21,476 bases of DNA, taken from positions 1 to 21,476 of the forward strand of contig JBHLRQ010000051.1 of NCBI GenBank assembly GCA_048882385.1. Direction: 5' to 3'. Below, piece after piece: positions 1-8,748 of the stretch (its first letter is position 1; each line of letters opens with the position of its first letter). Under the pieces are notes generated by a model that worked only from the letters and a program-made list of their open reading frames with translations, had not been told where the DNA came from and made no database searches. The position numbers were made by a program, and so were the translations under genes. Origin of the DNA: Candidatus Thorarchaeota archaeon (GTDB taxonomy: Archaea; Asgardarchaeota; Thorarchaeia; Thorarchaeales; Thorarchaeaceae).

Positions 1-2
1 TA

Positions 3-725
3 TTCAAGAAGAGTGTGACGTTTGTCATTGACTATTCTGGTAGTATGCAAGCACAGAACAGAATACGAGCTGCTGTGAAAGGAGCACTTGAGATTCTTCA
101 CGAACAGGTCAATCCTCAGGATGCAGTTTCGGTGATTGTCTTCAACTCCTCATATAGAGAGCTTCTCCCACTCACAATAAAAGGCGAGCGAGAAGGGGAG
201 GACAATCCCATTGTGACGACTCTGCAGTCTCTGAAGTATCCAAACTATGCAACAGCTTTCTATGACGCCCTTGGAAGAGCGCTTGAGGAGCTAGAAAAGA
301 TCGAATCAAGCGAGCATCGATGGGTCATCGCACTCACTGATGGTCAAGACAACTCCTCGAAGAAGTACTCTCTTGATGTCCTTGAAGGAATTCTAACTGA
401 GAAGGACCGGCTGAAGAGAAAGAGACCTCTCACGATAGAGGGCTTCATCCGTGACCACCACCTTGATGTAAATCTGCTAATCATTGGTGTTGGGCAAGAG
501 CTCAGTGACAGAGCGGACACAAAGCATCGCATTCATTCCGCAAAAACAGGGAAACCAATCACAACTGAAGAGCTCTTAGAGTCAATTTGTGAAGGAATAC
601 CTCAGGGTCAGTACATCTCAGTCGTAGATAGCATGAACGTGAAACTGGATATTGAAAGAGCCTTTGAAAAGGTAGGTGTCATGATGGCGCAACTGGAGGT
701 TGGAGGGACTACTACGGATTACTAA
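3..725 (+). CDS. von Willebrand factor A (vWA) domain protein, 5' truncated by window edge
   Basis: Frame is open from position 3 (FKKSVTFVIDYSGSM). MIDAS DxSxS (DYSGS), T in YATAFYDAL, LTDG motif and IIGVG strand are all present. Confidence 0.9.
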   Translation, partial: FKKSVTFVIDYSGSMQAQNRIRAAVKGALEILHEQVNPQDAVSVIVFNSSYRELLPLTIKGEREGEDNPIVTTLQSLKYPNYATAFYDALGRALEELEKIESSEHRWVIALTDGQDNSSKKYSLDVLEGILTEKDRLKRKRPLTIEGFIRDHHLDVNLLIIGVGQELSDRADTKHRIHSAKTGKPITTEELLESICEGIPQGQYISVVDSMNVKLDIERAFEKVGVMMAQLEVGGTTTDY

Positions 726-734
726 GGATGTGGA

Positions 735-2204
735 ATGATAATGGCGCAAACACAAACCCAAACCAAGAAGAAAGGCAAATTCCGAACCACTGTAATCCTG
801 ACCTTTCTAGTAATTTCGTTAATTTCCCTTTCAGCAACTGGATTCATCTCATTAACCTTTGTCAATTTGATTGGAAATTCGACCACAGACCAGAGCTCTG
901 ACGCACTAGAAAGCCAGATTCAGACGAACATGGATCAGACAGCACAGAAGACAGCTCTTGTGATAAATCAGAAGCTAGCTAGTGCAGAGGGAATGATTGC
1001 AGCTGCTGCCCAAGAGCTAGAAGCTCTATTCGAAACCGACTCTCCGTATGAGTATAGAGAGGTATACTACGACCTGCTCTTTGAGAACGACACTGTCGCA
1101 CCGGCGCCATCTGATAATCACTATGATCCAAACTATGGTCTGAATGTATCTTGGACTTACAGTAGCTGGTATATCCAAGGAACTATTTCATCAGACTATG
1201 ATACATATGAGGCCACAAACGCAGACAAACTTGGGCGAGTTTCAAACATGGACTACATATTCAAGGCAATCCATGATCAGCTTGAGTTCAGATGGCTATA
1301 CATAGCCTTTGCAGATGATGGTCTGTTTATCAACTATCCAGGAAGTATCCTAGGAGAGATGACCGATCCCGCTAGACTGGCGAATCCCTATGATCCTAGA
1401 GGTGAAGACTGGTATCAGACAATCTGGGCCGGAAATGGTGATATGGTTTTTGTCGAGCCCTACTATGATGAATTTGATAATGTACTTCTGATATCAATCG
1501 GCAAGGTTGTATACCGAAACAGTATACCCTTCGCAGTGATTTCTGGTGATATCACTATTGAAGATATCAGGGATAAGATCATCAATGTGGAAGTGTTAGA
1601 AAGCGGTTATGCTTTTCTGCTGAGTTCCACTGGTCTCGTAATCGCTCATCCCGAAGTTGCAGACGAAGACTATGCTTCTGGATTGCCCCCACTCACGATT
1701 GTTGAAATCAATCCAGGTGGTTCGTCAGCTCTAACACAGACGAATATTGACCAAATAACCAATGTTGCTGCGGGAGCCACTGGGACACTTCGTTATACAA
1801 GAGCGGGCGAGGAAAACATCTTAGTGTTTACCCAGGTAGGCAAGGGTGATTACATCTGTGTAATTTCTGTACCTCTAGCAGAGGTGTTGGAGAGTATACC
1901 TTTGCTCGAAGCACGTATTGCAGATCAGAACACTGCGGCTGCATCATACATCATCCTGGTCACTTTAGCTGGTATTCTAATTGCAGGAGTAGTGGCTGTT
2001 GCCATTTCGAATACTATTACTAGGCCATTGCAGTATCTAATGAGCCTTGCAGAGAGAAATGTTGCAGCGAGGATTCGAGATCAACCACTGGATACAACTG
2101 ATCTTCAAGTCGATGCGACTTATATCGCTCAAGATGATGAGATAGGTGAACTTGCTCGAGCTTTCCAAGGAATGCTTGAGTCAATCCGTGAGGAAGAAGA
2201 ATAG
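735..2204 (+). CDS. Membrane sensor: TM - extracellular dCache_1 - TM - HAMP, no cytoplasmic output domain
   Basis: Basic N-terminus then hydrophobic TM1. Cache motifs YDPRGEDWY, EPYYD, SGDI and GYAFLLSSTGLVIAHP. TM2 (YIILVTLAGILIAGVVAVAI). HAMP (ITRPL...DEIGELARAFQGM) ends just before the stop. Confidence 0.88.
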   Translation: MIMAQTQTQTKKKGKFRTTVILTFLVISLISLSATGFISLTFVNLIGNSTTDQSSDALESQIQTNMDQTAQKTALVINQKLASAEGMIAAAAQELEALFETDSPYEYREVYYDLLFENDTVAPAPSDNHYDPNYGLNVSWTYSSWYIQGTISSDYDTYEATNADKLGRVSNMDYIFKAIHDQLEFRWLYIAFADDGLFINYPGSILGEMTDPARLANPYDPRGEDWYQTIWAGNGDMVFVEPYYDEFDNVLLISIGKVVYRNSIPFAVISGDITIEDIRDKIINVEVLESGYAFLLSSTGLVIAHPEVADEDYASGLPPLTIVEINPGGSSALTQTNIDQITNVAAGATGTLRYTRAGEENILVFTQVGKGDYICVISVPLAEVLESIPLLEARIADQNTAAASYIILVTLAGILIAGVVAVAISNTITRPLQYLMSLAERNVAARIRDQPLDTTDLQVDATYIAQDDEIGELARAFQGMLESIREEEE

Positions 2205-2230
2205 TTCGTACGTTTCCAATAAAACAAGCA

Positions 2231-4084
2231 TTGGTGATATCTTTGGTAGAAGGCACTTGGTCAGTAGATAAATCAAGAGTTGTCTATGGAGTGAATCGAA
2301 ATGATCTCCACTTCTTGGATATTTCAGAGGTTGGAGATCTGATTATACGTCTTCGGGATAAGACTATCACTTTCAAGGAGATCATTGAAAAAATCAAAGA
2401 AATGAACGGTGACTCTCCAGGATATGCCTCATCTTTTACTATACGAATGCCACAGCTTGTGACCTATCAAATCAAGAAATTGAAGGCTGCTTTCCAAAGA
2501 GCAACGACAGAGCTTGATTATGATGGTAAATTCGTCGGAATTTATCCAGTTAAGGTCAATCAGCGCAAAGATTGTGTAACTGCAGTTCTTCGCTCCGACT
2601 CAGATTATGGGTTGGAAGCAGGAACAAAAGCAGAACTTCTACTAATCAAGAAGGTCATCGAGAGCGAAAAACATAGACCCATTGTTTGTAATGGAGCGAA
2701 AGATCCTAAATATTTGAAACTGATCAGGGAATGTATGGAGGAAGGATACAATATCGCAATCTCAATTGAGTCGGTTCATGAAGCAAACTTGATTGTAAAG
2801 AAATTCAAACCTGAGAATACCAATCTAGTATTGCGAATCAAACCCTACCTTAGTGTTGAGGGACACTGGTCCCATTCCACAGGGAGAGACTCAAAATTCG
2901 GTTTAAGTATTCACGATCTCTATGATGTTGTCGAATTGCTAAAACAGAAAGGATTTGCAAAATCAGTCCAAGCAATTCTTGCTCACGCAGGTTCACAGAT
3001 AACAGAGATTGAGGCTTTTGAGAAATTTGGTAGGCTTCTGACAAAACTCTATGCTGAACTAAGGAACATGGGACTAACCAATCTTGAAAACATAGATTTT
3101 GGAGGTGGACTTGCTATTGACTACACAAGTTCAGAAACATCGGATTTGATGTATCGCTACGCTCAACTGCTAGTATCAGGTGTAAAAACGCAACTATCTG
3201 AGATTCATCAAAAACACCCAGCTCCAAACATTATGATTGAATCAGGTCGAGGCGTAACTGCACTCTCAACAATGGTAGTTGTTGAAGCTCTAGAGGCACG
3301 TTCAATATTTCCTCCACGAGGTGAGGGATACATTTCTGAAATCATTGAGGATGATGAGAGGAAAACACTTGAGAAAATCAAGAATGCTTCAACTCTCGAG
3401 GAGATAAGAGAGATCTGGAATGATTTTCATGACAAGTATGGAGGTTTGAATCTTGGAGGGATGAAGTTCATTCTTGAACAAGAAATGGTGACAGGAGTTC
3501 TAGAGGATGCTGTTAGAGCAAGGCTTGTGGAATTGAATCTAAAATCGTATGAGATAGAAGGATTGGTTAGGAGCTTTTGGCATCCTGAGCATATTGTCAT
3601 TGGTAACTTCAGTGTATTCAACAGTATTGCAGATCATGTCCTGGTTAAACAACACTTTCCTGTCATTCCAATTCGAGATCTCGAAGTAAGACCTCAGACA
3701 ACTGTACGTCTAGTAGACATAACATGCGACTCTGATGGTGAGATTGCACAATTCTATAGACCCATGACAGACACCATCTGGTTCACCAAGGACAACAGAC
3801 TCTTGACCTCTAATAATGGAGAAATGGGCCAAGGTATCCCAGTAGGTAGTCTAGAGAAGATTCCTGGTACTTGTTTTGTGCTTATGCTTACGGGAGCTTA
3901 CCAAGATGCAATCGAAATGGATCACAATCTACTTGGAGACCTCCCAGATGTTGAGCTGTATCTCCAGGATGATGGTCAATGGGCGCTCTCTTGGGTAACT
4001 GGTGCTGAATCAATTGAGGAACTTCTAAAAGATGTTGGTTATGCTGATATTGACGTGGATGAAGACCCATACATGTGGGATTGA
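2231..4084 (+). CDS. speA: Biosynthetic arginine decarboxylase (PLP fold III, bacterial/plant SpeA type)
   Basis: YPVKVNQ (PLP Lys), GLEAGTKAEL, CNGAKD, SKFGL, HAGSQI, DFGGGLAIDY, ESGRG, DITCDSDG, GAYQD and HNLLG motifs. Confidence 0.9.
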   Translation: MVISLVEGTWSVDKSRVVYGVNRNDLHFLDISEVGDLIIRLRDKTITFKEIIEKIKEMNGDSPGYASSFTIRMPQLVTYQIKKLKAAFQRATTELDYDGKFVGIYPVKVNQRKDCVTAVLRSDSDYGLEAGTKAELLLIKKVIESEKHRPIVCNGAKDPKYLKLIRECMEEGYNIAISIESVHEANLIVKKFKPENTNLVLRIKPYLSVEGHWSHSTGRDSKFGLSIHDLYDVVELLKQKGFAKSVQAILAHAGSQITEIEAFEKFGRLLTKLYAELRNMGLTNLENIDFGGGLAIDYTSSETSDLMYRYAQLLVSGVKTQLSEIHQKHPAPNIMIESGRGVTALSTMVVVEALEARSIFPPRGEGYISEIIEDDERKTLEKIKNASTLEEIREIWNDFHDKYGGLNLGGMKFILEQEMVTGVLEDAVRARLVELNLKSYEIEGLVRSFWHPEHIVIGNFSVFNSIADHVLVKQHFPVIPIRDLEVRPQTTVRLVDITCDSDGEIAQFYRPMTDTIWFTKDNRLLTSNNGEMGQGIPVGSLEKIPGTCFVLMLTGAYQDAIEMDHNLLGDLPDVELYLQDDGQWALSWVTGAESIEELLKDVGYADIDVDEDPYMWD

Positions 4085-4125
4085 ATAGTCAGAGTATCGA
4101 ACCGGGGCGATGCATGAAAAAACAT

Positions 4126-5319
4126 CTACTTGATGCAAATCAGTTCCTCTTGCGGTTGTGATAGAAATTCACATCCATTTCTAGTTATGAGTATGTTCTC
4201 CTCCAGACTGACCTGACCGAAATGTTCAGTTGTTACATAGAACTCTAGAGTGAAAACATTTCCAACCTCTACTACCCCCATAGGACTGTTTCCATAGCGT
4301 TCCCATTTGGGTCCAAGTAGAGTGCCGCCATCATGAGCCAATCTACCAAGTTGATGACCTAATGCATGTTGGTATTCCTCATATCCAGCAGCCTTTACAA
4401 ATTCGCGAGCGATATTATCGACTTCATAGCCTACAGCTCCGGGTCTAATCCATTTTGCAGCTGCTTGAATACCATCTCTCACTGTTTCGAAAGCATCCTG
4501 GACTTCTGAAGGAATTTCATTCTTACTCCCAAAGAAAAACATCCTTTGAATGTCTGAACAATATCCATTATACTTCACCCCAAAATCAAAGTGAAGGAGA
4601 TGACCCCTTTTGGTCTTGTAATCTAGTGGACCTGCGTGACCAAACTGCTTGTAGGGACCAGCATCAACAGCTGGACAGTGATCTATATCCCAAGCTGTAG
4701 TTACTCCATACTCCTTCATGCAAGAGTGAAAGTACTCATAGATATCAATCTCAGTCATTCCAACTTTCACGAACTTTGCTACATGATCAAAAATACTCTC
4801 GGTTATTTCGATTGCTTTACGAATTCTCGAAACCTCTTCAGAAGTCTTTCTACCTCTGAGTTTCTGTATATGGTTCTCTGCAGACATGAAACGGTTGGAA
4901 TATGGTGTGTTTTTGAGATAATCCTGAAGAAGTATATGCATTCCCACACTCAATCCATCAGCTGCAACATCATTCACACTATAGTTGATTGCAATCTTTT
5001 TGGGATCTTTCCTTGACAGCTGTTTGATTAGCTCATCTCGAATACTAGCAGTGTACGGAATGACTGTATCATAGATTCCCTTAGCCTTCACGCCCCCTTC
5101 GTCAAAGTTGCCAACAATCGCTATTTTCTCATCTTCTGTAAAGATGAGCGCTGATTGCCAAGTTAGATCTCCACTAAGGATGAGATCTAGAACAGGGTCT
5201 GCCATTTGAGAAGTTTCACGCACCCAAACAAGCCAAGCATCAATATCCTGTTCTTTGAGAATCTCACATGCTTGCTTTGCTTTCTCTTTCTGAATCGTGT
5301 AGTCCAAATCAATCACCAT
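4126..5319 (-). CDS. M24 family Xaa-Pro aminopeptidase/prolidase
   Basis: Metal-ligand pattern DFG..SDI..HALGH..TLE..LEE, plus an N-terminal creatinase-like domain. Start is probably ATG 5319 or TTG 5307 (after GGTGA), overlapping or adjoining the ADH stop, rather than 5388. Confidence 0.88.
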   Translation of the reverse strand: MVIDLDYTIQKEKAKQACEILKEQDIDAWLVWVRETSQMADPVLDLILSGDLTWQSALIFTEDEKIAIVGNFDEGGVKAKGIYDTVIPYTASIRDELIKQLSRKDPKKIAINYSVNDVAADGLSVGMHILLQDYLKNTPYSNRFMSAENHIQKLRGRKTSEEVSRIRKAIEITESIFDHVAKFVKVGMTEIDIYEYFHSCMKEYGVTTAWDIDHCPAVDAGPYKQFGHAGPLDYKTKRGHLLHFDFGVKYNGYCSDIQRMFFFGSKNEIPSEVQDAFETVRDGIQAAAKWIRPGAVGYEVDNIAREFVKAAGYEEYQHALGHQLGRLAHDGGTLLGPKWERYGNSPMGVVEVGNVFTLEFYVTTEHFGQVSLEENILITRNGCEFLSQPQEELICIK

Positions 5320-6421
5320 GAGGTTTGATAACAGCTTTGAGTGAAACTTGCTTTTCTTGTGCTTCCAGTGCTTTCTGAGCATCATCAAGAGAGAATCTAT
5401 GAGTTACCAGCTCCTCGAACGGAAACCGGTCGTAGTTTTCTGCAACGGTCTTGATTCCCTTGTAGACATGGAGGGTTCTCGATCCCCAGACTGTCTTGAT
5501 TTCGAGATGTTTCTTGTTCATCAGGTGTGTATTGATTTCAGTAGTTCCGTGGTCAGTGTATTGTCCACAGATGGTGTAACTTCCACCCTCTCTTACGAGC
5601 TCTATGCCCTCTGGTATAGCGTGTGGATTTCCTGTAGCTTCATACACAATATCTGGTCCGTGTCCACCTGAAATCTCTCGGAGTCTTTCCTTTCGTTCTT
5701 CTAAAGTGGTTTCACCAATATTCAGTGTATCAGTTGCTCCGAATTTCTTTGCCACATCAAGACGATTCTTTGCCTTATCCAGAACTGTAACTGATGCAGC
5801 ACCACTCACACTGGTTAAGACTGCAATCATCAAGCCAACCGGACCAGATCCTTGAATTGCTACATTCGCACCCCATGTGATAGGACTACGAAGAACTGTA
5901 TGTACAGCCGTAGGCATTGCACATCCAACAGCACTGGCTCCTTCGAAACTCACGTGATCTGGTAACTTCATGATGTGAGTTCCAGGAGATAGATAGAGGT
6001 ACTCACTGTACCCACCTATCAAACGTGGAAATTTGGTTGAGTCCATGGTTATCCCATAGACCTTTCGATTGGGACACTTTGTGGGAGCATCTGCAATTAG
6101 GCAGTAGTAGCAAGAGAAGCATGTGTCAGTGACATCATGGAATCCTACACGGTCTCCAACCTTCAGCTCATTACCATCCAGGTCATTGATAGGTTTCGAA
6201 CCTATAGCCTCAATTGTCCCGACAACTTCGTGACCTAGAATCAGGGGATACGGCACTCCTGCAAGTTTGCCATGCCAGAGGTGGACATCTGTCCCACAAC
6301 ATCCAGCCAGCCCAACCTTCATCAGAGCAGCTCCTGGTTCTATGTTGGGGAGTTCATATTCTTCGATGACTAAATCTTCACTTGGTTTTGGTACAACTGC
6401 TGCTCGACTAGTTTTTGCCAT
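5309..6421 (-). CDS. Zinc-dependent medium-chain alcohol dehydrogenase (MDR)
   Basis: CGTDVH and GHE catalytic Zn motifs, structural Zn CFSCYYC-x8-C, Rossmann GSGPVG, and Asp in VLDK (NAD preference). Start placed at ATG 6421 (MAKTSRAAV). Confidence 0.92.
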   Translation of the reverse strand: MAKTSRAAVVPKPSEDLVIEEYELPNIEPGAALMKVGLAGCCGTDVHLWHGKLAGVPYPLILGHEVVGTIEAIGSKPINDLDGNELKVGDRVGFHDVTDTCFSCYYCLIADAPTKCPNRKVYGITMDSTKFPRLIGGYSEYLYLSPGTHIMKLPDHVSFEGASAVGCAMPTAVHTVLRSPITWGANVAIQGSGPVGLMIAVLTSVSGAASVTVLDKAKNRLDVAKKFGATDTLNIGETTLEERKERLREISGGHGPDIVYEATGNPHAIPEGIELVREGGSYTICGQYTDHGTTEINTHLMNKKHLEIKTVWGSRTLHVYKGIKTVAENYDRFPFEELVTHRFSLDDAQKALEAQEKQVSLKAVIKPHGD

Positions 6422-6514
6422 AGCATCATATCCGAAGTCTAACAAGCGTTCACTGTGCAAACCCAGATTTAAAAGAGTGCAAACAGGCTCGTGGGTAACA
6501 ACACTACGTATGAA

Positions 6515-7987
6515 TTATTGAGATTCGTAGCCCTCTGGCGGTTGGAATCCCCCAATGATATCCGCCAATTTACCAGCAATATCTATTGGAGTCGCATCTT
6601 CTAAATAGGGACCTATAATTTGAACACCTACAGGTAATCCGTCTTTTGTTAGTCCAATTGGAGCCGTTGTTGCAGGGAGGCCAGTCAATGTTGCAAAGGA
6701 TATCCAGAATAATAAATCGCTATATTGTCTTGGGCCTTCTGGGGTGTTTAGAATACGATGAATAAATGGTTGACTGTGGTCGTGAGGAAAAGCAGGAATA
6801 AATGCTGTAGGGAGGAGAAAAGCATCGTGGGTACGGAAGTAATCTTGCCAAATTTCTCTGGCTGCTATCCGTGCTAAGCTGGCAGATTGGAAATGTTTGT
6901 GTGGGGCAATCCATGCTTGAGCAAGCCTTGAGTTATAGAACTCATCCTGATTTGCAGCTAGTTGGTGGAATTCCACTATTTTTTCGTCTTGTAGTTGATA
7001 CGCAAATGTGGAATATAATAAGAAAAGATAGGTATCATATTGATTTGAAGGATTGACACCAGGCGGCCAACCTTCTTCTAAGACTAAGCCTGCCTTTCGA
7101 AGTGCTTCAACTGCTTGAGATAGCACCTCCTTCACGTCAGATGTAACCGGGCAAAGCGGATCATCTATTATGTAACCAATACTATAGTCCGCTAAACGAA
7201 TTCCTCTCGCAGGTGGTAGAGTCCACTTGTATGCAAGAGTATCATTTGGACTTGGTCCTCCGATGATTTCAAGTGCTAATATGAGATCATCTGCACTTCT
7301 GGCAAGCGGTCCAACTACAGCTAAATCCGGAGGTGGTGCTAGGATACCTGGGGGAGGTGGGATATGACCGTGCATAGGGACAACATTTAGGCTAGGTTTA
7401 TGACCATATACACCACAAAAGTGAGCAGGAATTCGGATAGATCCTCCTATATCACTCCCTATTGACAAATAACTTAACCCAGCAGCAAGTGCAGCTGCCC
7501 CACCACCTGTTGAACCTCCAGGGGTAAGTTTGTGATTCCAAGGATTATTAGTTGTACCAAAGATCTCGTTGTAGCTCTGCCAGTCATCGGCCATTGATGG
7601 TGTATTTGTATGACCAATGATGACCGAACCTGCTTCACGAATCCGTTTAACAGCCTCTGCATCTCTTCTTGGAATATGAGTAGCTAATTCAGTTGTTCCA
7701 GCGGTTGTAAGAACATTAGCTATTTCGAGTGTGTCTTTGATTGAGCAAGGGACACCATGTAGTGGTCCCCATGATTCTCCTTTTGTTAGTGCTTCATCTG
7801 CGGCGCGAGCTCGATTTAGTGCATCATCCCCGATGAGTGTGATAACTGCATTGAGACTTGGATTATATTTCTCAATTCGTTCTAGAATTTGTTTAGTGAG
7901 TTCTAGGGAGGATACATCGCCTCTCTGAATAGCCCTTGCTACCTCTACTGCGGAAGAAAACACAAAGCTAGAGGGTTCTGTCGACAA
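6515..7987 (-). CDS. Amidase signature (AS) family amidase
   Basis: LHGVPCSIKD (Lys), PGGSTGG and GSDIGGSIRIPA give the Ser-cisSer-Lys triad; GLPVGVQI at the C-terminus. Start placed at TTG 7987, downstream of AGGAGG. Confidence 0.9.
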   Translation of the reverse strand: MSTEPSSFVFSSAVEVARAIQRGDVSSLELTKQILERIEKYNPSLNAVITLIGDDALNRARAADEALTKGESWGPLHGVPCSIKDTLEIANVLTTAGTTELATHIPRRDAEAVKRIREAGSVIIGHTNTPSMADDWQSYNEIFGTTNNPWNHKLTPGGSTGGGAAALAAGLSYLSIGSDIGGSIRIPAHFCGVYGHKPSLNVVPMHGHIPPPPGILAPPPDLAVVGPLARSADDLILALEIIGGPSPNDTLAYKWTLPPARGIRLADYSIGYIIDDPLCPVTSDVKEVLSQAVEALRKAGLVLEEGWPPGVNPSNQYDTYLFLLYSTFAYQLQDEKIVEFHQLAANQDEFYNSRLAQAWIAPHKHFQSASLARIAAREIWQDYFRTHDAFLLPTAFIPAFPHDHSQPFIHRILNTPEGPRQYSDLLFWISFATLTGLPATTAPIGLTKDGLPVGVQIIGPYLEDATPIDIAGKLADIIGGFQPPEGYESQ

Positions 7988-8083
7988 AGACCAATTCCTC
8001 CTACAATCCCTACATAGTTTTACTAGTTTGCTAAAAACACTTTGGAGCAATAAATGAGCCCTAATTTGCTTTGTAGATATAAT

Positions 8084-8114
8084 CAAACTTATAAGAATCA
8101 GTTAACAATTGTTA
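8084..8114 (+). promoter_or_regulatory. Putative archaeal BRE/TATA (CAAA-CTTATAAG) plus 12-bp palindrome TAACAATTGTTA upstream of the tusA operon
   Basis: TTATAA at 8089-8094 preceded by CAAAC, about 35 nt before ATG 8127. Perfect palindrome at 8103-8114. Confidence 0.5.
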
Positions 8115-8126
8115 GTTGTGAATTCC

Positions 8127-8372
8127 ATGGCGGATATGGAACCGGCTGAGAGCCTGGACTGTGTGGGGCTATTCTGCCCGCAACCACTATTCCAGACCCG
8201 AGAAGCAATTGATGAGTTAGAACCTGGCCAAATACTTGAGATGCTGTCTGATGACCCAGCTGCAGAAGAGGACATCAAACGATTCGCAAAACGGACTGGA
8301 CATGAGTTATTGCTCTTCGAGCGTTTGGAAGATGGTGTGCAGAGATTTCTCATAAAGAAAAAGGAGGCGTAA
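8127..8372 (+). CDS. tusA: TusA/SirA family sulfur carrier
   Basis: LDCVGLFCPQP (CPxP motif), LEMLSDDPAAEEDI, about 81 aa. Confidence 0.92.
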   Translation: MADMEPAESLDCVGLFCPQPLFQTREAIDELEPGQILEMLSDDPAAEEDIKRFAKRTGHELLLFERLEDGVQRFLIKKKEA

Positions 8373-8377
8373 GAAAA

Positions 8378-8731
8378 GTGGCAAGCATTTTGTATGTTCA
8401 AACATCAGATGATCCAGAACGCCAATATTCTCCTTTTGTCCTAGCTCAGAGTGCAAAAGCAATGGATATTGAGCCTATGATATACTTCTTAGGACAAGGA
8501 TTGAGAGTATTGCAACCTGGAGCAGCTGAAAAAATCAAACTGGGCACCTTCCCAAGTCTTCAAGAGATGATAAAGAAGACAGTTGAGATGGGTATTCCAA
8601 TTTATGTTTGTGAGGCGTCCAAACAAATGCTGGGCTGGGATAAAGTTGAACTTGACCCAGACCTGAAAATTGTCGGAGCCGCAACACTTAACGACCTTGT
8701 CCTAGAAGCAGACGCGACACAATGGTTCTAG
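8378..8731 (+). CDS. DsrE/DsrF-like sulfur relay protein
   Basis: 117 aa with DsrE-fold pattern: IYFLGQG, GIPIYVCEAS (single Cys), IVGAATL. GGAGG precedes the GTG start. Confidence 0.8.
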   Translation: MASILYVQTSDDPERQYSPFVLAQSAKAMDIEPMIYFLGQGLRVLQPGAAEKIKLGTFPSLQEMIKKTVEMGIPIYVCEASKQMLGWDKVELDPDLKIVGAATLNDLVLEADATQWF

Positions 8732-8748
8732 AACAAGGATGATGAGTA

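Noticed and set aside
2202-2222. TAG readthrough (pyrrolysine) extending the HAMP receptor
   Set aside because: An in-frame TAA follows within a few codons, so no output domain is gained.
5320-5388. Long peptidase/ADH overlap and other N-terminal extensions in the ORF track (6460, 8086, 14281, 16814, 18639)
   Set aside because: These are longest-ORF artefacts. Downstream starts fit the domain boundaries and, in some cases, RBS positions.
6515-7987. Amidase as GatA (Glu-tRNA amidotransferase subunit A)
   Set aside because: No gatB/gatC nearby, and it has SDIGGSIRIPA rather than the GatA-typical SDTGGSIRQPA/RxPA with DEFAMGS.
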